Assembly: GCF_000406145.1 (NCBI RefSeq)
Contig: NZ_CM001976.1
Span: forward strand, 3,101,337-3,133,336
Length of the DNA: 32,000 nt
Source of the DNA: Dickeya dadantii NCPPB 898
GTDB lineage: Bacteria; Pseudomonadota; Gammaproteobacteria; Enterobacterales; Enterobacteriaceae
Direction: 5' to 3'
The notes under the pieces were generated by a model. The model made no database searches. It had not been told where the DNA came from and worked only from the letters and a program-made list of their open reading frames with translations. Position 1 is the first letter of the stretch, and each line of letters opens with the position of its first letter. The position numbers were made by a program, and so were the translations under genes. Of this stretch, positions 12,001-17,505 are shown in pieces.

Positions 12001-14928
12001 CTCACGATCCACCTCCGGCGTGGATGCAAACTGGATTCGTTGCACCTGAGGCGGATTTTCCGATTGCGCGATAAGGTCTGCGAACCAGTCGACATCCTGC
12101 TCGCTACCCACCAGCACCACCTGCTGCATGGGCACGTCGGCCTCTGACACCGGTTTCTCAATCCAGTATGGCTGATAGAGGTTGACGGTTTCAGGTAGCG
12201 TAAGCGGCGGATGTTCGGCTTGCGGCTGATGTTTTACGGCAAGGCTGTCATCGAGAACGCGCAAGCTTAAGCCGCGGAATATCAGCGCGACGCGTTCAGG
12301 GTTGTTCGCATCGCTGACATGAATATCCACCTTGAAGACACCATCGTGGATAGGCTTCTCGCCTGACAGGGTGATGGTTGACGTCATGGCTGAACTGCAA
12401 GGATGCAGTAACTCCAGTCCCTCCAAAGAGAATGGAATGACCATCGCCCCCGGCTCATTCCCCGGCCGCAATGCGCGCAGCTTCTCGGTCGCCCAGACGA
12501 CCGCCGCCTGCAAGGCGCCATCCGCCAACGACGGATGAATAACAAAATCCGCGCTCTGCGCATCAGGCAGTATCAGATCGGCGACACAGGCACGCTCATC
12601 GAAAGCGATCTGGCTGATGGATCTCAGACCTGCGCCGTAGCACATCTGCAAACTATCGAGCAGTTGGTAGCAGGCGGCCGCATCGCGCGCGTGGGCATCG
12701 TCAGCCATCACCGCGGTCGGCAAAGCAGGCAGCGCATCCCCGGAAAACCCTATAGTCCCCCGGCAGTAAAGCGTTTGATCGTTGTCGAGAACCTGGAATA
12801 ACCACGATGTGCCTGGCTCATGCGGATCAAGCTGAATGTATATATCCGCAGCCGCGTCGTGAAATTCCAGCGGCCTTAACCAGGTCACCTGGGAGAAACG
12901 GATTGTGTCGACATTTTCTAAATCAATCGCATCAGTGAAGGCGGCGCGTACCAGTTCCAGATAGGCCACCCCCGGCAGGATCGTCTGGCCGCCGATGCGA
13001 TGACCGGCAATAAAAAACTCATCGCCCTGAAGCAGCGCTTTATAACGGGAACTCCCAATGTTCACTACACGGTGACGCTGAGCGCGCAAGGCGGCACGCT
13101 GCGAACCGGCCTTATCGCTTTTGCTGATCCAAAAATGATTATGGACAAATGGATAACCAGGAAGCGCAATTCGTTGCGGATGCTCCCCCTCAAATAGCCG
13201 GGTCCAATCCAATTGCACGCCACGCTCATAATATTCACGCAGTTGTTGCAAAGGCCGTTTCACCGCCGGGGCACCGGCTTGATGAATAGCATCAAGCAGC
13301 GCTGCGCCCGCAACACGGGCTTTTTCCACTTCATCCGCGGCATGTTCTTTCAAATCCGGCGGGCCTTGTTCAACCGCCTTTTCTAACGCCTGGATAATCT
13401 TCTGAACATCGCGGCCCACACACCCGTAGCGATAAGCAAAGTGGTCCCGGCGAGTCAATAATGTCGCACTCACATCACGCAGTGATGCGTCGGGATGTTC
13501 ACTCAACCACTGGATCAAATCTTTTTGGCGCTGCCACAGTGCAGCCGGACTTTTTGCAGAAAGCGCTATCAAATACTCATTGCGCTTCGCGGACTTGCCA
13601 GACGCGGGCTTACGACCCACAGGCTCAGGGGCTTCTTCCAATACAATATGGGCATTGGTCCCCCCGAACCCGAACGAACTCACCCCCGCGCGGCGCGGCG
13701 TATTAGCGTCAATACGTTGCCAGTCAGTGGTTTCATCAACGAAGAAAAAAGGCGTCGAGGTCGTATCAATTTTAGGATTGAGAGCGGAGAAATTGCGTAA
13801 TGGAGGCAGTTTGCGGTGTTTAAACGCCTGCAGAACTTTGATGACACCCGCCACACCGGCTGCCGCTTCAAGGTGGCCGATATTGCTTTTGATGGACGTC
13901 ACGCCGCAGAAAGCCTCATCCAGCGCGATTCCCTGCTGTTGAGCGAGCGTACTAAATGCTTTGGTAAGCCCCTCGAATTCAATGGGATCGCCCTTCGGTG
14001 TCCCTGTTCCATGAGCCTCGACTAAGCCAATAGAGCGAACAGGCACGCCGGCGTGCCTGTTCGCGGCAATAATCACATCAGCCTGCGCTTCGGCACTGGG
14101 GTAGGTGAGCGTGTAGGTGGTGCCACAATGGTTAATGGCACTCCCTTTGATGACCCCGTGAATCACATCACCGTCAGCCAGCGCATTATCTAATGGCTTA
14201 AGCAATAAGACGCCCGCCCCTTCTCCACGGACATAACCATCAGCACAGCTATCAAAAGAGTGACACGCACCGGTGGGCGACAGCATTCCCATTTTGGCAA
14301 AAGACTGATGCCGGGTAGACGTCAAAATAAGATTAACGCCACCGCTAATAGCAACGTCACAGTCGCCATTAGTGATGGCCTGAATAGCGCTGTGAATAGC
14401 GTTTAATGAACCCGAGCAGGCGGTATCAATGGCAACACTCGGACCATGAAAACCAAAGAAATGTGAAATACGGTTAGCAATAATAGAAGTGGCGGTGCCC
14501 GTGGAATGATGCGCTTCTATTGGCGCATTGGCATTTTCCTGTAGCTCTTTATAATCGTTATTGAAAACACCAATAATAACGCCAACTTTATTCCCTCGAA
14601 GCGTTGATGGAGGGATTCCTGCATCCTCCAAACAGGACCAGGTAAGTTCCAGCATGATCCTCTGTTGAGGATCCATGGTTTCCGCAACCTTAGGAAGAAC
14701 ACCAAAGAACTGGTTATCAAAACAATCAACGTTATTAACAAAGGCAGCCCACCGAGTTTCACTGGCATCAGGCCACTGTAAAGATTTTCGGTTATATGAC
14801 GCCGCATTTTTTTGAATGTCAGAAATTTTAGAGACTGAATTACGGCGATGAATAATATTATCCCACAAATCATTATAGTTGTTTGCATCAGGAAAACGAC
14901 AAGAAATGCCTATAATTGCAATATCCAT
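1..14928 (-). CDS. Giant multimodular trans-AT-type polyketide synthase, 5' portion (>=4976 aa in window, C-terminus beyond base 1)
   Basis: Hand translation from the ATG at 14928-14926 stays open in one frame down to base 1. The frame was verified at motif codons: KS Cys 14416-14418, 9760-9762, 5839-5841, 1087-1089; ACP Ser 10549-10551, 7297-7299, 6958-6960, 1894-1896. N-terminus is MDIAIIGISCRFPDANNYNDLWDN. The window ends in ...SEHSKLDIYNGNV. It is not in the ORF track because no stop codon lies in the window. Confidence 0.9.
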   Translation of the reverse strand, partial: MDIAIIGISCRFPDANNYNDLWDNIIHRRNSVSKISDIQKNAASYNRKSLQWPDASETRWAAFVNNVDCFDNQFFGVLPKVAETMDPQQRIMLELTWSCLEDAGIPPSTLRGNKVGVIIGVFNNDYKELQENANAPIEAHHSTGTATSIIANRISHFFGFHGPSVAIDTACSGSLNAIHSAIQAITNGDCDVAISGGVNLILTSTRHQSFAKMGMLSPTGACHSFDSCADGYVRGEGAGVLLLKPLDNALADGDVIHGVIKGSAINHCGTTYTLTYPSAEAQADVIIAANRHAGVPVRSIGLVEAHGTGTPKGDPIEFEGLTKAFSTLAQQQGIALDEAFCGVTSIKSNIGHLEAAAGVAGVIKVLQAFKHRKLPPLRNFSALNPKIDTTSTPFFFVDETTDWQRIDANTPRRAGVSSFGFGGTNAHIVLEEAPEPVGRKPASGKSAKRNEYLIALSAKSPAALWQRQKDLIQWLSEHPDASLRDVSATLLTRRDHFAYRYGCVGRDVQKIIQALEKAVEQGPPDLKEHAADEVEKARVAGAALLDAIHQAGAPAVKRPLQQLREYYERGVQLDWTRLFEGEHPQRIALPGYPFVHNHFWISKSDKAGSQRAALRAQRHRVVNIGSSRYKALLQGDEFFIAGHRIGGQTILPGVAYLELVRAAFTDAIDLENVDTIRFSQVTWLRPLEFHDAAADIYIQLDPHEPGTSWLFQVLDNDQTLYCRGTIGFSGDALPALPTAVMADDAHARDAAACYQLLDSLQMCYGAGLRSISQIAFDERACVADLILPDAQSADFVIHPSLADGALQAAVVWATEKLRALRPGNEPGAMVIPFSLEGLELLHPCSSAMTSTITLSGEKPIHDGVFKVDIHVSDANNPERVALIFRGLSLRVLDDSLAVKHQPQAEHPPLTLPETVNLYQPYWIEKPVSEADVPMQQVVLVGSEQDVDWFADLIAQSENPPQVQRIQFASTPEVDREPDRAWVRPGNGDDFIAAVDALLSRGATFEQVLWVNAEQTGDDWVARLSRGPHSLFALTKALMRKVKKVRFVHFYLAGESVPDISAISGFYRTLRVEKPAYIGHVVHCDAVIDGEKQAGVTIPALIKSEFSDVSKDADVRYVQGARLVRRFVKDAPLSTYAGSALRAKGADAVNPPLSAPASLRRQGTYLITGGLGALGLIFARYLCSCYDATVYLSGRSALDEKRRQQLDELNELGGNAIYLACDISDPDSVQGLIEAIRASGRSLNGIIHSAGVIEDNFILRKSSEAFERVVTPKAIGTWLLDDATHDQPLDFFALFSSVTGVLGNMGQCDYAFGNAFEDYFSYQRNALQQRGERSGKTLSLNWPYWKDGGMRLTDKEEGFLKSHFGIIPLLTEDGIAIFDYALQSQAAQMVVMPGEHARIEEVLGVVDMAPVREALSAPDADDRHSLQDVVIRYLSDLFARKLQIPAHFERNGFFRDYGFDSVVVIELVNALKTTFGSGLPMTLFFEYQTMEELSRFLLENCHEACNGLRGTTSASAVVKPTVNAALPAADVVRAAAPVQRLQGSPRVVNDDDIAIIGIAGRYPQADNLDQFWRNLTQGRDCIIDVPSERWDERWFQEGAATPGKSYSRWGGFLSDVERFDLRYFNISPKETEIMDPNEWLFLETVAHAIEDSGYTADKLAPLQVGRENRVGVYVGMMWGDYQLHAITSPVDEWTTSHSSYWSVANRVSHFFNFSGPSMALDTACSSSLTAIHIACHAIRSGDVPVAIAGGVNLSLHPYKYHLLSNMHFLSSDGRCRSFGEGGTGYVPGEGVGAVVLKPLSQAREEGDHIYGIIRGTAVNHGGKTSGFTVPNAKRQAELIVDALEAANVNPRHISYVEAHGTGTKLGDPIEISGLNKAFSIAGENTKYCAIGSVKANIGHLEAAAGMSALTKVLLQIKHRTLVPSIQSKAINPFIDFQGGPFRLQQSLEPWQRPVLDVTQENGQRVASEIPRIAGISSFGAGGSNAHLIVEEYIAPPPATDDKGKPALIVLSARRETALRAMAGQLATFIEQYSAVEPHPELSLQDVAYTLQVGRVAHEYRLAFVVDVAADAVNMLRAYAQQQLSGLITGHRDNARQATSTPPLAEWIKQGRLGALGEAWANGHVVEWSQLHAAHSRRRVSLPGYAFQRQDCWAPTSPAVLLGPVVSGAAALHPLIDANISTLASQAFRKRLRADEFLLNDHRLGDNRILPGAAYIEMALSASELALQGHALPLSGDRPVLSQVQDIKWRQPIMVASDAIERDAIDIAISLAPSQGGLDFEIYRAEGDKRHVYGSGRLCEETSPQPEPANLQRLLTNGQVYQRNDIDVAFRQRGFTLGPAFQVLECLYANAEEALAELKFPDGLQIAPVVQPFILPPSLLDGALRTALGIGGFSATTNTLDVPVALARLQIFRPIDGICYAYARRDNAHGSAATASYHIDLLDSIGNVVIRLTRLQTQAVPHLGMRTLRAAQSAKPAAQMSAGGANTLQPVAAASVIAATPRQQPGAVPSREAIVNTLIAHVISVTKLDAGDVTATELLSNYGLDSMMILALNEKLSATFDGLPQTLFYEYEDLASLANYLIENYPEQVAAPADVTPAESAAGGVQPNVAQPSEAQPVNARSVRDGVLDYLIASVVEVTRLDAGEVRPATQLSDYGLDSMMILALNGKLAASVGEVSQTLFYEYQDLDSLADFLCESYPEQVAALQPATASVTPAPVALSQQNATHAAEPAAEPDRSANPVSATGDGVFDSLTAAVGSAATTHSALTPLWQWPLDTITLIRLQHELDARFTGVSATAVYRYQMLAEWAEAIQAAQQPALQHNAASPVPAARPTLASLLNTPRIDALRRNASGDTEPVGVVGVKDDIAVIGLSGRYPGAKNVDEFWANLTGGVDSITDIPLSRWDYHQHYSPVRGPKNKVYSKWGGFIDDIDQFDSQYFNISPREAELLDPQERLFLQTAWECVSDASYSRHALSKSQVGVYVGVMWGQYQCIETTEKQHESGWAMSLHSSVANRVSFYFNLNGPSVALDTMCSSSLTALHIACQALQSGDCKMAIAGGVNLIVHPMKYYQLGQNQFLSSDGRCRAFGEGGDGYVPGEGVGAVLLKPLQQAIADGDQIYGVIKATAINHGGKTSGFTVPNQAAQSNVISTAFERAGWRPASVDYIEAHGTGTMLGDPIEISGLANAFSRINTQRGINNELQSGHCRIGSVKSNIGHLESAAGIAGLTKILLQMRHRKLVPSLHSQTLNGKINFAASPFRVVQALEAWESAADHPRRAGLSAFGAGGSNAHVLIEEAPQEDASKLASTAAHRGEPRLFVLSADSEERLSLYVARMVSFLRQALYEPQTAPGFDSLAFSSLVGRDAMTERLAVVASSLGDLLSQLEQYRQDGAAKQLFRGRVAGGGERLDTILEGKQLDELVAGLVQERQLLRLGRLWTAMLDVNWQQFAPLLFADSGASGAVRRVSFPALPLMTRSHWLALPSEPGESRRAKSLHPLIDENTSTLSQQRFIKQLTGQEPYLRDHVIGSAEARVILPGSAYIEMIHAAGQLAIGNDWAVGTMRNLMWMNAIEVDDEPVEVEIDLAHSDGESVQVAIHNRHTDVLSVEAELVYRPTTTEIADEWIDLDALRNRGQHESDQAAIYADFAKMGFAYGPSYQVTRERYRFADSALSHLRLPDGVHSADAFYLHPSLLDGALRTCLAVGLEPSAYSTPIVPFFLGELELRHPLGTECYAYVTPAQSSVSGQSVGGNIQKHDITLVDTTGRVLARLKDFAARRLESDASTAQSVTAQDVQYYAYEWQASPLPETTSGAAVSAAAVRVLVLSDDETLAEALRARYGDDASVIAVTPASAFTQHDSHRFSVDTQSQTSVQTLCEQLAAQQMWPTHIVHAIGADKHFDDFPAVGAAPLLHAGLQSLRHLFVALETVTPGQALRCANVYTAQTDQVEPQHDAASGYARSLLTINHRFELFTLRSDADDVAALASAIYQEWVPRPTPLAGVELAYRHGARYQRTLSEITPPQADGNGNGNEPHLSFVHRGHYVITGGAGKLGLLIAHYLASRYQARIVLSGRSAQPGDAVQQQLVRMRELGAEVRYIAADVAQEGQADALIAQAKAAFGAVDGVLHCAGVASATPMTALQDAEFYALIGPKVDGLVALDRATAQEPLSVFVNFSSVSAVLGDLGSGAYAAGNRFMDSHAVWRNNLVKKGLRAGQTVSINWPLWASGQMNIEQQDATLFAFSGMAALDQEAGIIALERALLEQRPALLVVVGDRNKVARALRIQADEVARSAPPAHVNVAASKQHAVEPTPPGSSAYMQSENALRERISAIIKLPAGDIAVDATFEQLGMDSIMLMELRAVLEKEYDGLPKTAPFEFNTTAKLAGYLCERYGATQESRQVPAETPPHLTAETVNSHHADAPAVPYAKRAMPNAPTNTLGLHAARSSLSASVNAASDAVAIIGVAGEFPGAENLADFWADIQAGKENLTTIPNARWAITPDDNGNPRYVNRGGFLSNVNVFDPEMFRMSSDEASRLDPQVRVLLRSAWHALENAGYTPSALTSQQVGVYVGAMNEDFTWVMAELYARTGRYPGAGSVVSELANRISFLMNLRGPSFSVATTCASSLTSVHIARKAILGGECDMALAGGINLSLHPSKYMLLQEMNVLSSDGKEHTFDERANGLIPSEGSGMVVLKRLSAALADGDHIYGVLRGSSIGHAGTGAGQYLPNLAVMEETAVRALDEARIDVNELTYIESHGAATELGDPIELKALSNALRRHTHAQHFCALGTKANLGHMEAASGVCSLIKVLLSMQHGRLSPCVNLDRVNTSFEHETSVFLFPREAQEWRTNARGTRLAGINAYGMGGSTAFVVVESPEEALMRSRDHTPVVRDNAENRPQIVVLSAHRAERLAAYAVEMRDFVTQQGSALHLADLAYTSQIGRVTLDHRLAIVATSMDDLLTKLECFIARPASEHSKLDIYNGNV
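335..1590 (-). other. PKS domain KS4
   Basis: SDAVAIIGVAGEFPGAEN, TTCASSLTSVHIARKAI (Cys 1087-1089), IESHGAATELGDPIE (HGAA rather than HGTG, His retained), GTKANLGHMEAASG, GGSTAFVVVE. Confidence 0.8.
1777..1995 (-). other. PKS domain ACP3
   Basis: FEQLGMDSIMLMELRAVLEKEYDGLPKTAPFEFNTTAKLAGYLCERY. Ser codon at 1894-1896. Confidence 0.8.
2105..3490 (-). other. PKS domain KR2
   Basis: GHYVITGGAGKLGLLIAHYL (about 2785-2830). HCAGVASATPM has no Asp at the LDD position. Catalytic region is SSVSAVLGDLGSGAYAAGNRF. Confidence 0.75.
3610..4465 (-). other. PKS domain DH3
   Basis: HPLIDENTSTL, YLRDHVIGSAEARVILPGSAYIEM (His 4369-4371), YLHPSLLDGALRTCLA. Confidence 0.75.
5058..6350 (-). other. PKS domain KS3 (predicted active)
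   Basis: KDDIAVIGLSGRYPGAKN, DTMCSSSLTALHIACQAL (Cys 5839-5841), IEAHGTGTMLGDPIE, GSVKSNIGHLESAAG, GGSNAHVLIEE. Confidence 0.85.
6495..6715 (-). other. Degenerate carrier-protein-like domain (Thr in place of the phosphopantetheinyl Ser)
   Basis: TPLWQWPLDTITLIRLQHELDARFTGVSATAVYRYQMLAEWAEAIQAA follows the ACP helix II/III pattern, but the D-S position is D-T (Thr codon 6607-6609). Confidence 0.5.
6835..7070 (-). other. PKS domain ACP2b (second of a tandem pair)
   Basis: QLSDYGLDSMMILALNGKLAASVGEVSQTLFYEYQDLDSLADFLCESYPEQ. Ser codon at 6958-6960. Confidence 0.8.
7175..7410 (-). other. PKS domain ACP2a (first of a tandem pair)
   Basis: LLSNYGLDSMMILALNEKLSATFDGLPQTLFYEYEDLASLANYLIENYPEQ. Ser codon at 7297-7299. 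Confidence 0.8.
7565..8425 (-). other. PKS domain DH2 (dehydratase-fold, in a module without KR)
   Basis: HPLIDANISTL..., LLNDHRLGDNRILPGAAYIEM (His 8329-8331), ILPPSLLDGALRTALG. Confidence 0.7.
8965..10290 (-). other. PKS domain KS2 (predicted active)
   Basis: DDDIAIIGIAGRYPQADN, DTACSSSLTAIHIACHAI (Cys 9760-9762), VEAHGTGTKLGDPIE, GSVKANIGHLEAAAG, GGSNAHLIVEE. Confidence 0.85.
10430..10665 (-). other. PKS domain ACP1
   Basis: FFRDYGFDSVVVIELVNALKTTFGSGLPMTLFFEYQTMEELSRFL. Phosphopantetheine Ser codon at 10549-10551. Confidence 0.8.
10730..12130 (-). other. PKS domain KR1 (ketoreductase, structural + catalytic subdomains)
   Basis: Rossmann motif GTYLITGGLGALGLIFARYL (about 11410-11445). 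HSAGVIEDNFI sits at the LDD position. Catalytic region is SSVTGVLGNMGQCDYAFGNAF. Confidence 0.75.
12250..13165 (-). other. PKS domain DH1 (dehydratase)
   Basis: LPGYPFVHNHFW, then FIAGHRIGGQTILPGVAYLEL (His codon 13000-13002) and later IHPSLADGALQ. Starts only about 156 aa after the KS1 end, too short for an AT domain. Confidence 0.75.
13634..14928 (-). other. PKS domain KS1 (ketosynthase, predicted active)
   Basis: Motifs DTACSGSLNAIH (Cys 14416-14418), VEAHGTGTPKGDPIE, SIKSNIGHLEAAAG, GGTNAHIVLEE. Boundaries approximate. Confidence 0.85.
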
Positions 14929-15915
14929 TATTCACATCCGTATGTTTATGTTTATTATTTCTCGAAATAATCAATGCCATTTTCGCAGCCAAATAACTCT
15001 CTGGATGCAGAACTCATCAATAGTTAAATAGTTTGGTATTCCATATACCATTACAAACAACTTAGTGGATATTGCATTAAAAACATTCACCCATCTAATG
15101 TAATTTAATTCTTTTTATTGTCATAATGTAACCAACAAACAATAAATACAGCAAAAATAAAAAATAATTAATTGTAGTTATTTGATTTTAATGTATTTTT
15201 TATTGAAACAAAAAAACACACTTCCAGAGCATTTCAAGATATTCGACACTATTAAAGTTAAAATACCCTAATGAAATCACGTAGTGGAAATGTTATTACA
15301 ATAATTATCTGTTGATTCTTAATTAAATAACCCCTGCGTTTCCTAAAGCATATTCACGGTGAATAACTTACTCGAAAATGAAATTAAAATGTCATATTAC
15401 TGTCATTTAAAATCACTTAGCAAACGAAGAGTATACTGCTGCGTGGCTTAATAAATATCGATGCTATGCGTGAAATTAGATGTAATTAGACAGCATCTCT
15501 TCTTCGAAAATCTTTCAATGCTTGATAGCATCAACCAGCGGTTGGCAGGGAACCATGCCCGATAGAAGTAGACCACAGTTCCCCACTCACCAAGTGGCAG
15601 AAACTGCTATATATCCTGTAAAGCCGTCTTCGGTAAGCACCTGAATTTACGTGGCGATGATGCGATGTGTGGGTAGCAGACGTGATGGTTATCAACCATA
15701 TATTGAGTAATATAATGCAGACTGGAATAGCGGAAAATGTTAAAGCCGACTGAAAGTGACAATATTATGACAGTAGTGGGCAGGGAATTTATTTATTCAA
15801 CAAGGCCAGATTGAGGGTGAGATTATTTTATTTGTTCAACATGAAACTGTCAGCTACCATAGCGATTGCTGCATTGTTATTGGATGATAAACGGTATATT
15901 TGACACGGAGTTATT

Positions 15916-16419
15916 ATGTTAGAGATTGTAACAGGGATGCCAGCATGGGTACTTATTATTTTGATTTCGACCACCTTCTATTGTATAAGTTTTTGCTTTG
16001 AAAAAGATGTTAGCATTAAGTTTTTGTTACTTATTCCAGGCTGTTTTATGATTTTTTCGATTATCTCTTTACTACAGCAAGGTCACATCCTGGTTTCAAG
16101 TCTGGTGTGGTTATTGGGCTGTATGTTAGGAGGGAGCGTAGCAAAGAGAATTTTTTCACCTCAAGCCTACAGCCTGGGCCGCAAGGAAGGTACAGTTACG
16201 GTGCCGGGAACGTATTCCATTATTACAATTTTTTTACTCTACTTCCCTCTTCGCTACTATATCGGCTATCGTCAGGCGATCGCGGTTGATCATACTCTCA
16301 GCACTACGATGATGTTGCTATTAGCCGTATCGTCAGGGGGCGTTGTCGGTTTTTTCGCCCTCCGCTCGTATATTATCTTTTTGCGCTATAAGAAACTGAA
16401 TATTAAAAAAATAGCGTAG
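15916..16419 (+). CDS. Hypothetical polytopic inner-membrane protein (167 aa)
   Basis: ORF-track ORF with ATG preceded by ACGGAG 6 nt upstream. It has 4-5 hydrophobic helices (AWVLIILISTTFYCISF, FLLLIPGCFMIFSIISLL, LVSSLVWLLGCMLGG, YSIITIFLLYF, MMLLLAVSSGGVVGFFAL). AT-rich, unlike the neighbouring PKS. No family recognised. Confidence 0.6.
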   Translation: MLEIVTGMPAWVLIILISTTFYCISFCFEKDVSIKFLLLIPGCFMIFSIISLLQQGHILVSSLVWLLGCMLGGSVAKRIFSPQAYSLGRKEGTVTVPGTYSIITIFLLYFPLRYYIGYRQAIAVDHTLSTTMMLLLAVSSGGVVGFFALRSYIIFLRYKKLNIKKIA

Positions 16420-16518
16420 CCTGTTGGACCATCCCGTGTTCGGGAGCGTTCAAATTAGCAGAGCATCTGCTTTTCAATAAAGGTTGCAATAACCTTTTCA
16501 TGCATCTCAACACAGCGC

Positions 16519-16650
16519 GTGGGAAAAACAGGTGCTTTTTCTAATCAACGTAAGGCTCGATTCACTGAACACCAGACCATCGCCGTCCTGAAGTCTGCCG
16601 AAGCTGGATGAAGCGTAAAAATGTTTGCCGTAAGGCCTATCGCTAAATGT
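16519..16650 (+). mobile_element. IS3-family (IS407-group-like) transposase orfA N-terminal remnant, broken by stop/frameshift
   Basis: GTG-GKTGAFSNQRKARFTEHQTIAVLKSAEAG-stop, then in the +1 frame KNVCRKAYR. This matches the RFTxEQIxxxLKxAEAGxxVKxVCRK N-terminal pattern of IS3-family OrfA. No orfB and no recognisable inverted repeats. Confidence 0.5.
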
Positions 16651-17087
16651 GTCCGTTAATTACCACCCTGCCCCCCAATCGCTTTTCATGTCAGCTTATC
16701 TATTCGACTCGTTGCCCTTCGGCGCGCCCTTTGGGGTGCTTTCCCTTATATTCCCGTAGACGAATTGGCTACTGGGGAGACATTGATACTTGGGGGCTGA
16801 AATTTCTTGCCGATGTACGGCTGAGGCAGCCCCATGTTGAAGCCGTGATGATGGATCGGGAAACACTGCTATCCCACGTTCAACAAGGAGTATGCGAAAA
16901 GCGACCAACAGAATTACCTGAGCAAGGTTTGACACCTGCCGAACGTACCTTGTTTGAAGTGTTACGTACTAATCGATACGGCGTCAGCCGACTGGAACAA
17001 GAGCGTCGGTTTCAGGACTACGTTGAACAGAGGTTAGAGCCGGGCACGCAGTTCATCGCGCTGCCGGCGCGCCTGCTTCAGGGTTGA
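16650..17087 (+). pseudogene. jetD: C-terminal remnant of a Wadjet JetD-like (DUF2220/Toprim-fold) gene
   Basis: GYWGDIDTWGLKFLADVRLRQPHVEAVMMDRETLLSH...GLTPAERTLFEVLRTNRYGVSRLEQERR matches the conserved YWGDxDxxGxxIL...MDxxTL...RLEQE C-terminus of JetD as I remember it. Only about 140 codons are present. There is no jetABC upstream, and the remnant abuts the IS stub. Confidence 0.55.
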
Positions 17088-17288
17088 AGAGCGGTGTACC
17101 ACGCACAGGGAAGCGACTCAGCAAACAACCCACATCCGCAACGCACCCGATTTTCGGGCACTAATTTGTGTGCTACGTCGGCGTGCTTTACAGTGATTTT
17201 CAGGGGATTTTTCTGGATGTGTAGCAGAGCGATCGCTCTGTTGAACCCGCAATCTACAGATTTTGGTGGACATCTATAGAAAAAAAAT

Positions 17289-17364
<76 letters not shown>

Positions 17365-17427
17365 ATTCTACAGAACATCTTGTTTATCAATAACTTTCAA
17401 TAAACTGTGTCGCTGTCGATGCGGTGC

Positions 17428-17455
17428 ATTCTACTTACCTGACGCAGTGAGTCAA
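17428..17455 (-). promoter_or_regulatory. Putative sigma70 promoter of tRNA-Gly
   Basis: Minus strand has TTGACT (17455-17450), a 16-nt spacer, TAGAAT (17433-17428), then the GC-rich discriminator GCACCGC. An A/T-rich tract lies upstream. Confidence 0.5.
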
Positions 17456-17505
17456 TAAAATTATCACCCCACCTGAATCGTTTGCTGTTTTTTAAGGCGA
17501 GGCGA

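Noticed and set aside
31-14888. Dozens of 60-255-aa ORF-track ORFs across the PKS region on both strands (for example 2527-3195+, 4476-5186+, 5911-6591+, 9841-10608+, 14517-14888-).
   Set aside because: They are antisense or out-of-frame shadows of the single long minus-strand PKS frame. Their products are Arg/Pro/Ala/Gly-rich, low-complexity and lack RBSs, as expected in G+C-rich coding DNA.
1-14928. Embedded acyltransferase (GHSxG) or methyltransferase domains in the PKS.
   Set aside because: I looked for them while translating the whole frame and found none. The KS-DH gaps are too short for an AT, and the DH-KR gaps read as KR structural subdomains.
17094-17279. 61-aa ORF between the JetD remnant and tRNA-Gly.
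   Set aside because: No RBS, no recognisable fold, and it spans the 16-nt palindrome. It is more likely non-coding.
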